A DNA stretch of 64,000 bases from Selaginella moellendorffii (lineage: Eukaryota > Plantae > Lycopodiophyta), in assembly GCF_000143415.4 (NCBI RefSeq), contig NW_003314299.1, positions 1 to 64,000 on the forward strand, written 5' to 3'. Shown one piece after another: positions 24,018 through 36,400 of this stretch (position 1 is its first letter; every line of letters begins with the position of its first letter). Below the pieces are notes generated by a model, which searched no databases, was not told the DNA's origin, and saw only the letters and a list, made by a program, of their open reading frames with translations. The translations under genes were made by a program, and so were the position numbers.

Positions 24018-26546
24018 TTATCTTGCGTAGAGATTCGAGAGCATGACGTACGACGCAGAGTTTTGTGGATCCAGGTCGACGAGCTTGTCAGCCGCAGCTT
24101 TCCCTTCCTCCACATTTCCAAGAGCCCGGCAAGCACCCAAGACGGACATCCACGCAGGGACGCTCGAGTGAAGACCGTTCTTCGCGATGAACTCCCGAGC
24201 CTCTACGATGCGTCCTGCCCGCCCCAAGAGATCCACAACGCATCCTCGCTGCTCCGCCGTGGGAGAGATCCCATACTCTCTCTCCAAGCAGCCAAAATGC
24301 CGGCAGCCTTCTTCCACTTCGCCGCAGTGGCCGCAGGCTGCGATGATGTTGAGAAAGGTGACGCCGTCCGGCTTCATTCCTTCCTGCTTCATCCTCTGGA
24401 AGAGCAGCAATGACTCGCTCGCGAATCCGTGCTGGGCGTGAGACGAGATCACCAGGTTCCACGAGAGGGAGTCTCGCTGAGGCATCCTGTTGAAGAGGCG
24501 GAAAGCTTGCCGGAGCCTCGCAGACTTGGCGTATAAGTTGAGGAGCGCGTTGGCTACTATGAGTTCCAGCTCCAGCCCGGCTTCTTCCACGCACATCTCG
24601 ACCAGCTTGGAGCTCTTTGTGTCACTCCCGAGCTGTGCGCACCAGTTGACGATCGCCGAGAGAGTAACTTTGTTTGGCTTGACACCCTCAGCTTGCATCT
24701 TCTGGAAGAGGACCAGTGTTTCTTTGCATTTTCCCAGCTCGGCGAATGCAGCCACCATCGCTGTCCAAGTTATCACGTTCCTGTGCTCCATGCCGTCGAA
24801 GATCTTCCGTGCCTCTTGCAAGCTCCCGCACTTGACGTACATGCTCACCAGGGCGTTCTCTACGACGGAGTTCTTCTCCACTCCGGCTTCCAGTACGTGC
24901 CCGTGGACTTCTCTTCCAAATATCGAGCTGCTGTCGCAGGAGTTTAAGCTGCTGGCGAAGGTGAATGTGTCGGGAGCCATGCCTTCGAGTAGCATCACTC
25001 GGTAGAGCTTCGAGGCACCGGTTTCCTGCTCGTTCTCCGCGTAAGCATCCATCATAGCGTTCCAGGAAACTATGTCCCTGTTTCTGCCCAGCTTGTCAAA
25101 CACGAGCTCTGCGTCTTGGATGCTTCCACACTTGCCGTAGAGACTGACGATCGTGTTGCTCACTGCAGCATCGGATTCCAAGCCAGCAGCAGCGGCGTAA
25201 GAGTGAACAAGCTTGGCTTCTTCCAGCGAAGCCAGACTTCCACATCCGCTTAGCAGCGCCAGGAACGTCACCTTGTTGGGAAGCATGCCTTGGAGCAGCA
25301 TCTCCTGGAACAGTATCAAGCAGCCACCAAAGTCTTCGGCTTCCGCGAGTGCTGTGATCATCACTGTCCACGTTGCCACGTCTTTCCGCTCGATCTGGTC
25401 GAAAGTTTCCCTGGCCTCGTCCAGACTTTTGCACCTCCCATACATGTTGACGAGCGCAGTGCCAATGCCGGTGTCGTTCACGTCCATGCCAAGCTCGCCC
25501 AAGCACTCGTGAACTTTTCGGCCTTGACTTAAGTCCATCAGCACGGCACAGGCGTTGAGAACACACGAGAAGGTGATCTTGTCCGGGAAAACTCTCTTCT
25601 CAGTTTGCATCTGTCGGAAGAGCTGGAGAGCTTCTTCATGGCAGCACTGCTCCACACACGCGGCGAGCAGCGAGTTCCAGGTGATAACGTCTCTCCTCTC
25701 CATCCGAAAGAACATCTCCCTCGCGCCCTCGATGCTTCCACACTTCCTATACATCTCCACAAGAGCGTTTCCAACGAAAAGATCAGACTCGTTACCACTC
25801 TCCACTACTAAGCCATGAAAAAGTTTACCTCGAGCGAGATCTCTACTGCTGGAGCACGAGCTCACGACTGTAGAGAACGTCACACAGTCCGGTCCAATGC
25901 CATCGAGCAGCATTCTCGTGAATTGGAGGAACATCCCTCTCGGATCCCCGGCGTGCGCTGCAAGCACAGAATTCCAAAGAATGAGATCAGCCTCAGAAAC
26001 TCTGGAAAACACCCTCCTTGCATCGCCAAAGCACTGCCATCTTCCATACGAGCACACAAGAGCAGTCCCCACGACTGGATCACATCCCAGGCCACATTCG
26101 ACCACGCAGCCGTCCACCAATCTCACGGTGCTCTCACAGCAAGCATCAAGAACAGTCACGAAAGTCACCTTGTTTGGAGCCACCCCATCAAGCTGCATCG
26201 CCGAAAAGTACTCCAGCGCCTCGCGAGATCGCCCGCGCGAGGCAAATGCCGCGATGATCGCCGTCCACGACACCACATTCCTCTTGCGCATCGAGCCAAA
26301 CACCGCGCGGGCATCATCAACGCAGCCACACCTTCCATACATGCTCACCAGATGATTCGCCACGAAAACCTCGCGATCGATCAGACCTGATCCCGCCAAA
26401 TACCGGTGGATTGCCCTGCCCTGATTGATCGCGCGCGCGTCGCCGCACAGCTGCAGCAGAAATCCATACGTCGTGGGCGATTTGGGCCTGGAGAGGATCC
26501 TGTCCAGATTCGTGAGAGGATCCAGGGCGAAGGCGCGCTTCGCCAT
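24018..26546 (-). CDS. PLS-class PPR protein ending early in the E domain (no DYW)
   Basis: 842-aa intronless ORF; repeated ALVxMYxKCG / VVSWxAMI motifs; CVVDLLGRAG...SYVMLSNLYAR*. Confidence 0.93.
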   Translation of the reverse strand: MAKRAFALDPLTNLDRILSRPKSPTTYGFLLQLCGDARAINQGRAIHRYLAGSGLIDREVFVANHLVSMYGRCGCVDDARAVFGSMRKRNVVSWTAIIAAFASRGRSREALEYFSAMQLDGVAPNKVTFVTVLDACCESTVRLVDGCVVECGLGCDPVVGTALVCSYGRWQCFGDARRVFSRVSEADLILWNSVLAAHAGDPRGMFLQFTRMLLDGIGPDCVTFSTVVSSCSSSRDLARGKLFHGLVVESGNESDLFVGNALVEMYRKCGSIEGAREMFFRMERRDVITWNSLLAACVEQCCHEEALQLFRQMQTEKRVFPDKITFSCVLNACAVLMDLSQGRKVHECLGELGMDVNDTGIGTALVNMYGRCKSLDEARETFDQIERKDVATWTVMITALAEAEDFGGCLILFQEMLLQGMLPNKVTFLALLSGCGSLASLEEAKLVHSYAAAAGLESDAAVSNTIVSLYGKCGSIQDAELVFDKLGRNRDIVSWNAMMDAYAENEQETGASKLYRVMLLEGMAPDTFTFASSLNSCDSSSIFGREVHGHVLEAGVEKNSVVENALVSMYVKCGSLQEARKIFDGMEHRNVITWTAMVAAFAELGKCKETLVLFQKMQAEGVKPNKVTLSAIVNWCAQLGSDTKSSKLVEMCVEEAGLELELIVANALLNLYAKSARLRQAFRLFNRMPQRDSLSWNLVISSHAQHGFASESLLLFQRMKQEGMKPDGVTFLNIIAACGHCGEVEEGCRHFGCLEREYGISPTAEQRGCVVDLLGRAGRIVEAREFIAKNGLHSSVPAWMSVLGACRALGNVEEGKAAADKLVDLDPQNSASYVMLSNLYAR

Positions 26547-26666
26547 AGCTGACCATCACTCAACTACTAGAAGCCCTAATATTTGAAATTTGGAGGGAAA
26601 GTAATCTTCTGACCTAGAATAATTCTAGAGGATCTTATATCTCCATCCTAAGAAGAAAGAAAAAAC

Positions 26667-28625
26667 TTAGCTTGAGCTGCTCGAAACGATGCGCTGCCAA
26701 TCCATCATGTAGCTCACGGTGCCCGACTCATACTCATCGTCAAATAGCCGGATCGACACGGCTCGCGGCCTCGAATCCGGCATGGCTGGGATCTCCGCGT
26801 CTCCATTCAGCAGCTGGCAGCACCTCTTCATTGTTGGGCGATGGTTTGCATCCGGCAAGCAGCACAGCAATCCCATCCTGATCGTCTTGAGCACCTCTTC
26901 TTCCTTGCCTTCCACTTGCAGCCTCGAGTCTATGGCTTCCACAAGCTTGTCATGCTCGTGCTTCCTCCACACCCAGTCGATCAGCACAGGGCAATCGTCG
27001 GCGGCGATGTTGGCTTCCGTGGACTGGACAGTGTAGTCCAGAGCTTGCCGCCCTGCTACGATCTCCAAAACCAGGATCCCAAAGCTGTAAACATCCGACT
27101 TCTCCGTAGCTCTGCCTGTGAATGCCAGCTCCGGAGCGATGTATCCCACTGTCCCGGCCTTCGTCATGGTCTGCGCGCCTTTGGCATGCTCCATGGACTT
27201 GGCCAGCCCGAAGTCCCCCAGCTTTGCGACGAAGTTCTCGTCCAGGAGAACGTTCGCTGCTTTCACGTCCCTGTGAACTATCCTCTTGCCGAGTCCCTCG
27301 TGAAGGTAGGCCAGCGCCTCGGCCACACCTTTCATGATCTCGTAGCGCTGGCTCCACGACAGTAGCACTCTCGGCTGCTTGGAGAAGATGAAGTGATCCA
27401 GGCTTCCGTTGGCCATGAACTCGTAGACGAGCAGCAGCTTGTTCTTCTCCTTGCACCAGCCCCGGAGAGAAACTAGATTGTGGTGCCGGACCGTGCTGAT
27501 GACCGAGAGCTCCGCTAGAAACTGAGCCTCCGCGTGCTTTGGCGCCTCGGACAAAGCCTTGACAGCCACCTGAGAGCCGATGCTGGAGATATATCCCTTG
27601 TAAACCACACACGAGCCTCCCTTGCCGAGAAGCTCCTTCGAGCTGAATCCTTTCGTTGCCGAGTGAAGCTCCCTGTACGTGAAGCTTGTGATCTGGGGAA
27701 CGCACGGGTATGTAGCTTTCTTCGCCAGGTAGAAACCATAGATCACGATCGTTCCGGCAACAGCCACCGCGAACACTGACAGCGGAACCGAAGCCTTGAC
27801 AATCACCCCCTTGTTTCTGTCGCCTCTGGAGAGCTCGGGTGAAACCATGGTTGGAGCTGGAGCTGGATCCTCCACTGAAAACGACCAACTATAAACGTTG
27901 TGGAGCTCGGTTGAGAAACCTGTAGCAGCCGAGAAGCCCACCCACATCTCTGGGAGTAGAACGCTGCTCAAGCTCACGTTGGTGATCAAAACCGGTTCTT
28001 GCCAGTCCGATCCATTCTCCACCAGCCAGACTTTCACTTGTTCCAAGCTCCCATCGAACTCTATCCTTGCCTTGAGTGTCATGTTTCTTACGAGGCTCAG
28101 CTCGAGCTCGTCCTGGATGATGGTCTTGCCAGTGGAATTCACCCCGTTCACGTCCACCCCGACGTGAGGATTCGGAGGATCCCACTCGTTGGAGAAGGTG
28201 TCGAATTCCACACCGAAGAGATGGTTGCTCGCGTTCCCGTTGGTTCCCTCGGCGTTGAAGCCCAGATACTGGCCACCCGACGCTGTGAGATCGAAGCTCA
28301 TGTGTGGAGAGATGAGGAACGTCATGCCGTCGGCGGGAGCTCCACCGTGGAGGATCTGGAAGACGAAGTGTGTCTGGAAAGAGAGAGCCTTGCCGGTGGT
28401 CTGATCCAAGAGATAGACGGGGCGATTGTAGAACGCTCGCCCGACGCTGTTCTTCCCGGAGCCGATGATCTGAGTGAGAGATATGTACCTGAGGAGAAGA
28501 TTTGCGTGGCCTTTGGTGTCGATCGTGTCGAGAAAATTCATCTGGCTCAAGTAGAAGCTCCGGGAATCGCCCTGCCGCGGCAGTAAAAGCGCTATGATCA
28601 TCGAGAGTATGACTAAGAGCGCCAT
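26667..28625 (-). CDS. L-type (legume) lectin receptor-like kinase
   Basis: Start taken at MALLVILSM (signal peptide); legume lectin [24 protein letters not shown]; TM helix; kinase [27 protein letters not shown]. Confidence 0.93.
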   Translation of the reverse strand: MALLVILSMIIALLLPRQGDSRSFYLSQMNFLDTIDTKGHANLLLRYISLTQIIGSGKNSVGRAFYNRPVYLLDQTTGKALSFQTHFVFQILHGGAPADGMTFLISPHMSFDLTASGGQYLGFNAEGTNGNASNHLFGVEFDTFSNEWDPPNPHVGVDVNGVNSTGKTIIQDELELSLVRNMTLKARIEFDGSLEQVKVWLVENGSDWQEPVLITNVSLSSVLLPEMWVGFSAATGFSTELHNVYSWSFSVEDPAPAPTMVSPELSRGDRNKGVIVKASVPLSVFAVAVAGTIVIYGFYLAKKATYPCVPQITSFTYRELHSATKGFSSKELLGKGGSCVVYKGYISSIGSQVAVKALSEAPKHAEAQFLAELSVISTVRHHNLVSLRGWCKEKNKLLLVYEFMANGSLDHFIFSKQPRVLLSWSQRYEIMKGVAEALAYLHEGLGKRIVHRDVKAANVLLDENFVAKLGDFGLAKSMEHAKGAQTMTKAGTVGYIAPELAFTGRATEKSDVYSFGILVLEIVAGRQALDYTVQSTEANIAADDCPVLIDWVWRKHEHDKLVEAIDSRLQVEGKEEEVLKTIRMGLLCCLPDANHRPTMKRCCQLLNGDAEIPAMPDSRPRAVSIRLFDDEYESGTVSYMMDWQRIVSSSSS

Positions 28626-28939
28626 GGGAAAGAAAACCTGTGGCAATACCTGGGGCAAAAAACATATCGATCGATACGCGCCCGTGGACGTATCGATCTT
28701 GTCGCATCCCTGTGGACGATAGCGCAAGTCAATAAGCTCCATTCGCTGTTCTTCCCGATTCTCCGCCCTAGAAAAAGAGAACAAAACAATCACTGTTAGT
28801 CCAGCTATCGATATTTCCGGGAATGCGAATGCGCGCGCGAGCGCGTTGGACAAAGAGCGCGACGATCGACTACCGCCATCGACGAGGAAGAAGCCATAAA
28901 CCCTAAAGGACTTAGGCGGGAAATAAACACTAGCCGACT

Positions 28940-28949
28940 GCCACGTGGC
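28940..28949. promoter_or_regulatory. Perfect palindromic G-box GCCACGTGGC in the LecRK/PPO2 divergent promoter; telo-box AAACCCTAA nearby
   Basis: Motif seen ~70 bp upstream of the PPO2 ATG; function inferred. Confidence 0.5.
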
Positions 28950-29018
28950 CGAATGAAATGCATGGATGAATATCATGTCGCATTCCGTTAAGTCAGCCCT
29001 AATTTGAGGGTTTTAGAC

Positions 29019-31449
29019 ATGGCGATGGCGGAGGGAGAGACTGGTGAGTTCTTCCGATTCAATCGATGGAATCGATGGAATAGTATCATTTCTTTGATCC
29101 AGCTCCCGTTCTTGGATCGGTCGCTGTCGTTGGAGCGGGCGCGAGGTGAGTATTTCGATTCTTTTCTCTGCATTTCTCGTGTTCTAATTGATCGGATTTT
29201 GATTTCCAGTGGCCTCGCGGCAGCGTATCGATTGCGAGCTGCGGGGGTCTCCGTGACGGTCTATGAAGCGGAAAATTCCATCGGTGGGAAGTTAAAGAGT
29301 GTTTCGGAGAATGGATTCATCTGGGAGAAGGGACCGAACACAATGGTACCGAATATTTTATCTTTGGTGTTCTTACTTTGCTTTTTCTCTTCTTCGCATA
29401 GACGGAAAATGATCCAAGCATAAGCAGGATGTTTGACGATCTCCATCTTCGCGATAAGCAACAGTTTGTAAGTGTGAAATTCCTCCAAAAGTTTCAAAAC
29501 TAACTTGGGCGTTTAGCCGGTGGAGCAAAAGAAACGATACATTGTTCGCAATGCTTCTCCTACGATGGTCAGTTCTTAGATTGTGATTTATGTTTACTAC
29601 CTGTTCTATGCAGTTGCCCTCTAATCCTTTGGGATTTATCACTACCGGTCTCTTCTCTGCTCAAGCCAAGGTCTGTCGACTTTTATGAATCTTTTGGGCC
29701 TGACTTGTGTGCCATTAGCTTAAACTTTTGACGGAGCCGTTTTCATGGAAGCGAACGAAAGCAGAATCAAACGAAGACGAGAGGTCTGTGGAAGCCTTCG
29801 TTTTATTGTTTCCGCTCTGAACTATTTTCCAGTGTAGGAGCGTTCATGGAGAGGCACTTTGGTGACGAGGTAAGAAACAGCGCCGGTCCTGGATTCGGGC
29901 TATTGACGGTCCTTTTTATTTCTTAGATCGTAGATTATGCAGTGGATCCATTTGTTGCCGGGACAAGTGGTTCGGATCCTTCCTCTATATCAGTGAGTTT
30001 AAAGTTTATCCTGCCTCTTGCTCTAACAGGATAAACTTTTGTTTTACACAGATCCGTCACTCGTTTCCAGAATTGTGGTCCTTAGAGAAGAAGTATAGAC
30101 TTTACTACTCCATTTCCTTTCTAACTAAAGTAGAACACCGCGTGCAGCTATGGATCGCTCTTCGTCGGTGCAATTAAATCAGGTTTTAGCAAGAAGAAGA
30201 AGCAAAAATTGCGACCAGTGGAGTTTGAAGACGAAGATTCTGATTTCCCTGCTCGTACACGTCCCCGTCGTGGAGGATCGTTTTCATTTGTAGGTGGCAT
30301 GCAGGCAAGTATTTGTTTTGTTTTAGTTTTGGATGGAGCTGACAGGTTTTTGTTTATAGACGCTGGCCAATGAACTGGTCTCGAGGATTGGAAAGGAAAA
30401 ATTCAAGCTCAATACATTTGTCACCGGATTGGCATGTAACCAACAGGGCAATCCCTCTCGTCAAAGCTGGACAGTAACAGGTTTGGAAACATCGGGCAAG
30501 AGAAGCAAACGCTCAGACAAAACCTTCGATGCAGTCATCATGACGGTATGTTTCTGTTTTCTTTTCTTCTGTTCGTGTTGGAACTGGCTCCTCTTAATAG
30601 GCACCGGTGGACGATGTGAGGGCAATGAAGGTTGTCAAAGATGGAAAGCCTTATGCTCTTGATTATCTCCCAACAGTTATCTACGAACCAATGTCCGTGT
30701 TGATAACAATGTTCAACAAAGACTCCGTGAAGCGTGCACTTCCGGGTTTCGGTGTGCTGGTTCCCTCCAAAGAGCAACAAGCAAATGGCTTTCAAACGCT
30801 GGGTAATTATTTGAAGCCTTTCATGGAGAAGTGTCTCACTTGAGTTCTATGATATGCAGGCACCTTGTTCTCTTCATTCATGTTTCCTGATAGAGCTCCA
30901 GAAGACCAGCTGCTGTTTACGACTTTTATAGGAGGCAGCAGGAATACATTGCTAGCATCACGGTCGAAGTAAGTTTGTTTAAGTTGGTGGCAAAAAAGTC
31001 TTCATTGTTTTGGATTTGTCAGGGAAGAGCTCCTTGATATAACTTTGAAGGATTTGTCTAGACTAATTGGAGTAGAGGGTCAACCAACTGCTATCAGGCA
31101 CGTAAAACTAGTTTAATCCTTTTGGTTTGATAACTTCAACTCTTCTACCAGGCATGTGTATTGGGAAAAGGCGTTCCCACGATACAGCATCGGCTATGAC
31201 AATGTCTTGCATTCTATCCAGAAACTCGAGAGCGACCTCCCTGGACTCTTCTACGCTGGTAAGTTTTTGCTTGTGCCGGTCGTGGTCCGTAACTCTAAAG
31301 CTCTTCCAGGAAATCATCGAGGAGGATTGGCCGTTGGGAAAACAATTGTCTCAGGCCTTGATGCAGCGGAGCAAGTGCTCCAATACCTCCAAGGCTCTGG
31401 AGGCAAGAAAGTTTTCACAATGGCGTCGTTGGAACAGCCTGTGAGCTAG
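29019..31449 (+). CDS. PPO2: Protoporphyrinogen oxidase 2 (multi-exon)
   Basis: [81 protein letters not shown]. Confidence 0.93.
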
Positions 31450-31641
31450 TTATGCAAGAATTCAAAGAGAAAGGTACATAGCTTTTAATATACCGGGCCG
31501 AGCGTACAACCATCTTAGCTAGCTTGGCCCTTGCAAGCTTCCATAACTTGTTCCTTTGCGAGGTACTCTCACCAGATTCTCGCCGGAGAAACCAGTATGC
31601 CTCGAAAGGTACAGTTTGGTTTTATTCTTCTGCACACGCAA

Positions 31642-32779
31642 CTAGTCTTTGTATGCTTCTATGACTTGGTCCCTGGATGGCATCTTGACAAGATTGACAC
31701 CGGAGAAGCCGGTTCGCTCGATCAGCTCCTTATACTCCTCAAAGGTCCTGATTCTGCCGCCCTCGGTGAACGAAAACATGGCCATGTCCAGGTCCCTCTC
31801 AAACGGTGCATCGTTGGTGTGGATGAGATCCACAATCACGAGCTTCCCTCCCTTGGGCAGCGACTTGAAACAGTTGCGCAGGAGCTTGTCGCAGTGATCA
31901 TCGCTAAAGTTGAGCAAGACCGACTGGAAAATCGCAGGAACTTAGCTTTGATCCAGACAAGTTTCTAAAGAAAACAATGAGCCTACTCTACCTTGATGAG
32001 TAGAAGATCTCCTTCTGGCACGCTCTCAAACATGTCTCCTCCAACGTGTTTAACTCCTGGCAAGACGAAGAACAAACCATCAAGGAAACGAACGAGAACT
32101 TTGGCGTACCGGGGGTCTTTGGCGCACTGGAAACAGTGTGCGGCAGATCAAAGTTGACAACCTCAGCTTCCGGATACTTTGCCTTGATCTTGCCCGCGCA
32201 CATCCCCAGCCCGCCGCCAACGTCCACCAACTTCTTCGCCCCGTTGAAACCATCGTAGGCCTCGAGGATGAGCTTGATGGTGACGCTGCTCCACGCGACC
32301 ATGGCATGGTTGAGCAAGGTGTTGTACTCCTCGTCGTCGTGACCCCAGACGTGGACCTTGTTGGCGATCTCGTATGGATGCCCGCCATGGAGCACGGCCT
32401 CGTGGAGCTTGTGGAGCGAGGCAGCGGCGTGATCATACGTGCAAACCAGCAAGAGGTGCTGCTCCTCGGCTAGCCATTTGGAGATCCCGGTGCCTCCATA
32501 GCGGGTCTCGCCACCGCTCGTCTCCTCGCTGAGGATCTTCTTGTAGACGAGGTACTGGAGGATGCGGTGGAGGAGATCTGGCTGGGGATTGGTGGCGCCC
32601 TGGAGGCGGGAGAAGATCTGGGCGAGCGTGAGGGGGCCGGACTTGGCGATCATGTCCGGGATGCCGAGGAGAACCGCGGCCTTGAGCACGAAGGGCGTCA
32701 CCACCGAGAAGATGATGCTCTTGAGCGCGTAGTGGCCGTCCACCTCCTCCGCCGAGTGCTCTTTCGTCGCTGGGGCCAT
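31642..32779 (-). CDS. COMT-like (class II) SAM-dependent methyltransferase, 3 exons, atypical active site
   Basis: Dimerisation domain LKAAVLLGIPDMI; LVDVGGGLG; FDLPH; HVGGDMFESVP; GGKLVIVD; GGRIRT. Confidence 0.88.
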
Positions 32780-33499
32780 GGATTTGTTGCTCTGATCGAT
32801 GCTGGAGAGGGAGAGCTCGCGGGGATGAGTTATATACTCGGTTCTATCGCGATGAGATCCGGATATGGATTTTGAATGCTGTAGTTGGAGAGGTACTTTC
32901 GGTGTATAGTTTCTCATACGTATCAAGGAGTCCCACGAGGATTAGGTGGTATTTCGCGTCATCGAATCCTGCCCGGGATTTCTCGCTTGAAGAGGTCAAT
33001 AAATATTGTACGGAAAACAAAAAATAAAGGTCTCAAAACTAGATTGTTTATTTCTCTGTTGATAAATAAATTTTATTTAAATGTTAATGTATAATTTATA
33101 CTCTTTAAATAATCTAGATCTTTTCATTACTTTAGTAAAATTATCTACAAATGTTCCCTAAAACCTTGTTCAACGCTTCGATCACGGCTGGCTGCTGCTT
33201 GGAAATCCAAGTTGGAGCTTGGATCACGGCTCGCCACTGCTGGAAATCCAAATTGACACGACCACAGGCATTGATCCTCTGCAGTACAGAGACACAGCAA
33301 TCTACACAGCCACGGCAAATCGCTCGCGTAGACAAAGCCAATCAAAATCAAGTCAAGGAATCAGTTACCAATCACCCCACCTTGTACAGGGAACGAATGC
33401 AAGGATCTATCCTTACGTGAGCAAAGTGATCACTGAAACAATGGCTGTAAATAGCACTCCCATCAACATCCTAAAACCATGATGAATGAGCAAGAGGAA

Positions 33500-36400
33500 C
33501 TAATAGAAGCTACTCCAGGCTTGCAGATATCTTCCAGCGAGAAGATGGTGGTCCAAAAGAATGACGCAAGCTTTTGCTGGACACCATAATGTTTGTATGT
33601 GCAAGAAGAAGCTCTGGCACTTACAACTCTGGACTTTGATGGTGGTGTGATTGCAGGCTATTTCGTTTTACTGTTTTTCACAAGAGGATACCCCAAAGAT
33701 ATCCTCTTGCAGGTGGGAGTGATGGAGCTATGGAGCGAGGGGCGTGGAGCTAGCAAGCAGTCGCCAGAGTCAAAGCCATGAAAATATCAGCATGGCAACT
33801 GACATTGATTACCGGCAAAAGCTGATGACTGGAGTGAGACGAGCTGTCGTAGTGAAATGGGCCACTTGGACATTTCGGTCGGCGAGTGGAGTGGAGCAAA
33901 CCCTGGAGAAGAGCTTTGGGAGCATGGAGCGTGGAAGAGCAAGGCTTGTTGCATGGAGCATGGAGGTTGGGCTTTATTGGAGTTTTTGGAGCTTGGAGCT
34001 TGTTGGAGTTCGGCTTGGGTAAGGCTTATGGAGTTTAGGTCCTCCCTCCTCCAGAACCGAGCGAATATTCCATTTGCCACCACGTCAGTATTAGGGTCAC
34101 GACCATTGGAGAGAAGTCCACAAGCGTCAAAACAGTCGATCACGATTCCTCCCCTTGTTTTTGGGGGTGTAGTTGAGAAATCATCAAGAAATGTAGGTAT
34201 GGTTGGTTCGTATCTAACAGAGGAAGTGAAGTGAATAAGAATAAGCTTCAATGAAGAGTTCCTCGACGAAGTGCTCTAGATCATGTTTTAGATAGCGAGA
34301 TGGTGGACCAAGAAATTAGAGAGCCCAAGCTAAAAAACGAATTCAAAATATATTGTCATTATTGAATGATTTTGCCCAAACCCAATCTTCAATAAACTTA
34401 CAGAGTTTATTGAGGAATTTAGCGAGGAGAGCCAAACCAAGTAGTCAATTGGGACTTTGCCACAGTTGCAAAAGTACATGATGACTTAGAAACACTCACC
34501 AAGAAAATGTCTGAGCTTCAGCTTAATTAGATTTGAGGAGTCTAGACACTGCCTCAACCCATTACTGAACGTGAGAATATCTAGTGTACTTGTTGCAAGG
34601 GATATGGACATTATCCCAGTGAATACCCACGTCCTGCACCAGCTCAAGTTAAGTGCCAGCACTATAGACAAAATAATCACAAATCAAAGCATTGCATATA
34701 TAAATCCGGTACCTCAACTCAGCCAACTCCTTGCACACCTGCACGTCCCAGCTACCACATCCAGCCCCAGCTCCTTCAAGATCCATTGCCACCTCTACTT
34801 CTATAAGGTTATACGCCCAATCTAGTACCCATTTATGCAGTAGCTCCAGCACGAACGAGTAATGTACCTGGAAGGGGTCGAGCTCGATGTCCAATCACCT
34901 GCTTTCGTTGCCAACAGCCGGGCCATATCGCTCCCGAGTGTCCAAATGCATGAGCACCAGTTGAGTACCAGCCCATCTCATCTGTAACATACAAGCTCTC
35001 CATGCCCAAGACAACTACCCTCACTGTCTTCATCGTGATTAAGGCAGCCAAGGCGATCCTCCACAATGTTCCACTGCTCCAAGAAATAACCCAGTGATCA
35101 ACACACAAGTCGTCCAGCCCTGCTATGGCACAATTCCTGCCCTTGTGTGGCTCAAACTGCACTTGTGTGGCTCAAACTGCACATGCAATGGCACCCCATT
35201 CCTGCCTATGGCTACTCAAACACCAAGCACAGTGTCTAGCTGCACATGCCGCTCCTGCCTTTGTTCCAAGCGCGTACTCTAATGTTGCAGTTACTCCAAG
35301 ACCTGCAATCCAATTTGAAGTGCTTCCCTCTCCCCCCTCGCCAGACCCTAATTCTGGAAATGCCACCTCATCCCACTGGGATCAAGAGGATTCGGTTAAC
35401 ACCGACAAGAAAAAGAAATATCGCCGTGTTCTCAATCTGGGATCTGGAGCACCAAAAGCCATAAATTTCTTTTAGCCAGCTTCTACATGCTGCTCCAGAG
35501 CTCCACAAGGTGGTTTCCTCTACTCTTGGTGGGCATCAAGGAATTATCATGAACAGAGCATGGCCCTCTTTGTTGACATGTCTGCTCCCACAATTAATGT
35601 GGACATTGATGGCCATTCACTAAGCAGCCCACCTTGCAGTTGCTTAACAGATTTCACCTTACCTGCCAATTACATTAATCACATGTTCTCTTCTCCACCA
35701 ATATTGACTAGAGCAGGCTGATCAAGAAGAGCATTGATCATATGGCCAAGTCTGGAAAGAATAGTGTGGTTGATATTATTGGCAGGTAAAATGAGATCTG
35801 CTAAGCAACTGTAAGGCAAGTTGTTTAATGAATGGCCACAAATGTCCACATTAATTGTGAGAGCAAACATGTCGATGAAGAGGGGCCAGGTGCTGTTCAT
35901 GACAATTTCTCAATGCCAATGGAGAGCAAAGGAAACTACCTTGTGGAGCTCTGGAGCAGCATGTAGAAGCTGGCTAAAAGAAATTTGTGGCTTTTGGTGC
36001 TCCAGATCCCCCAAAATATCGTACGGAAGTGTCTCCAGATTGAGAACAGAGATATTTCTTTTTCTTGTCGGCGCTAACCGAATCCTTTTGATCCCTGCGT
36101 GAAGCATGGCAGGATGAGGTGGCATTTCCAGAATTAGGGTCTCGTGAGGGTGGAGAGGGAAGCACGTCAAACTGGATTGCAGATCTTGGAGTAACTGCCA
36201 CATTAGGGTACGCGCTTGGAACAAAGGCAGGAGCGGTATGGGTGGGCTGTGCTTTTGCAGCTAGATGCCGTGCTTGGCGGGTTATTTCTTGGAGCAGTGG
36301 AACGTCGTGGAGGATCGCCTTGGCTGCCTTGATCACGATGAAGACGGTGAGGGCAGTCGTCTTGGGCATGGAGACCTTGCGTGTTATAGATGCCGCAGAT

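Noticed and set aside
28626-28976. N-terminal extension of the LecRK ORF
   Set aside because: The signal peptide begins at 28625; the upstream part overlaps promoter elements.
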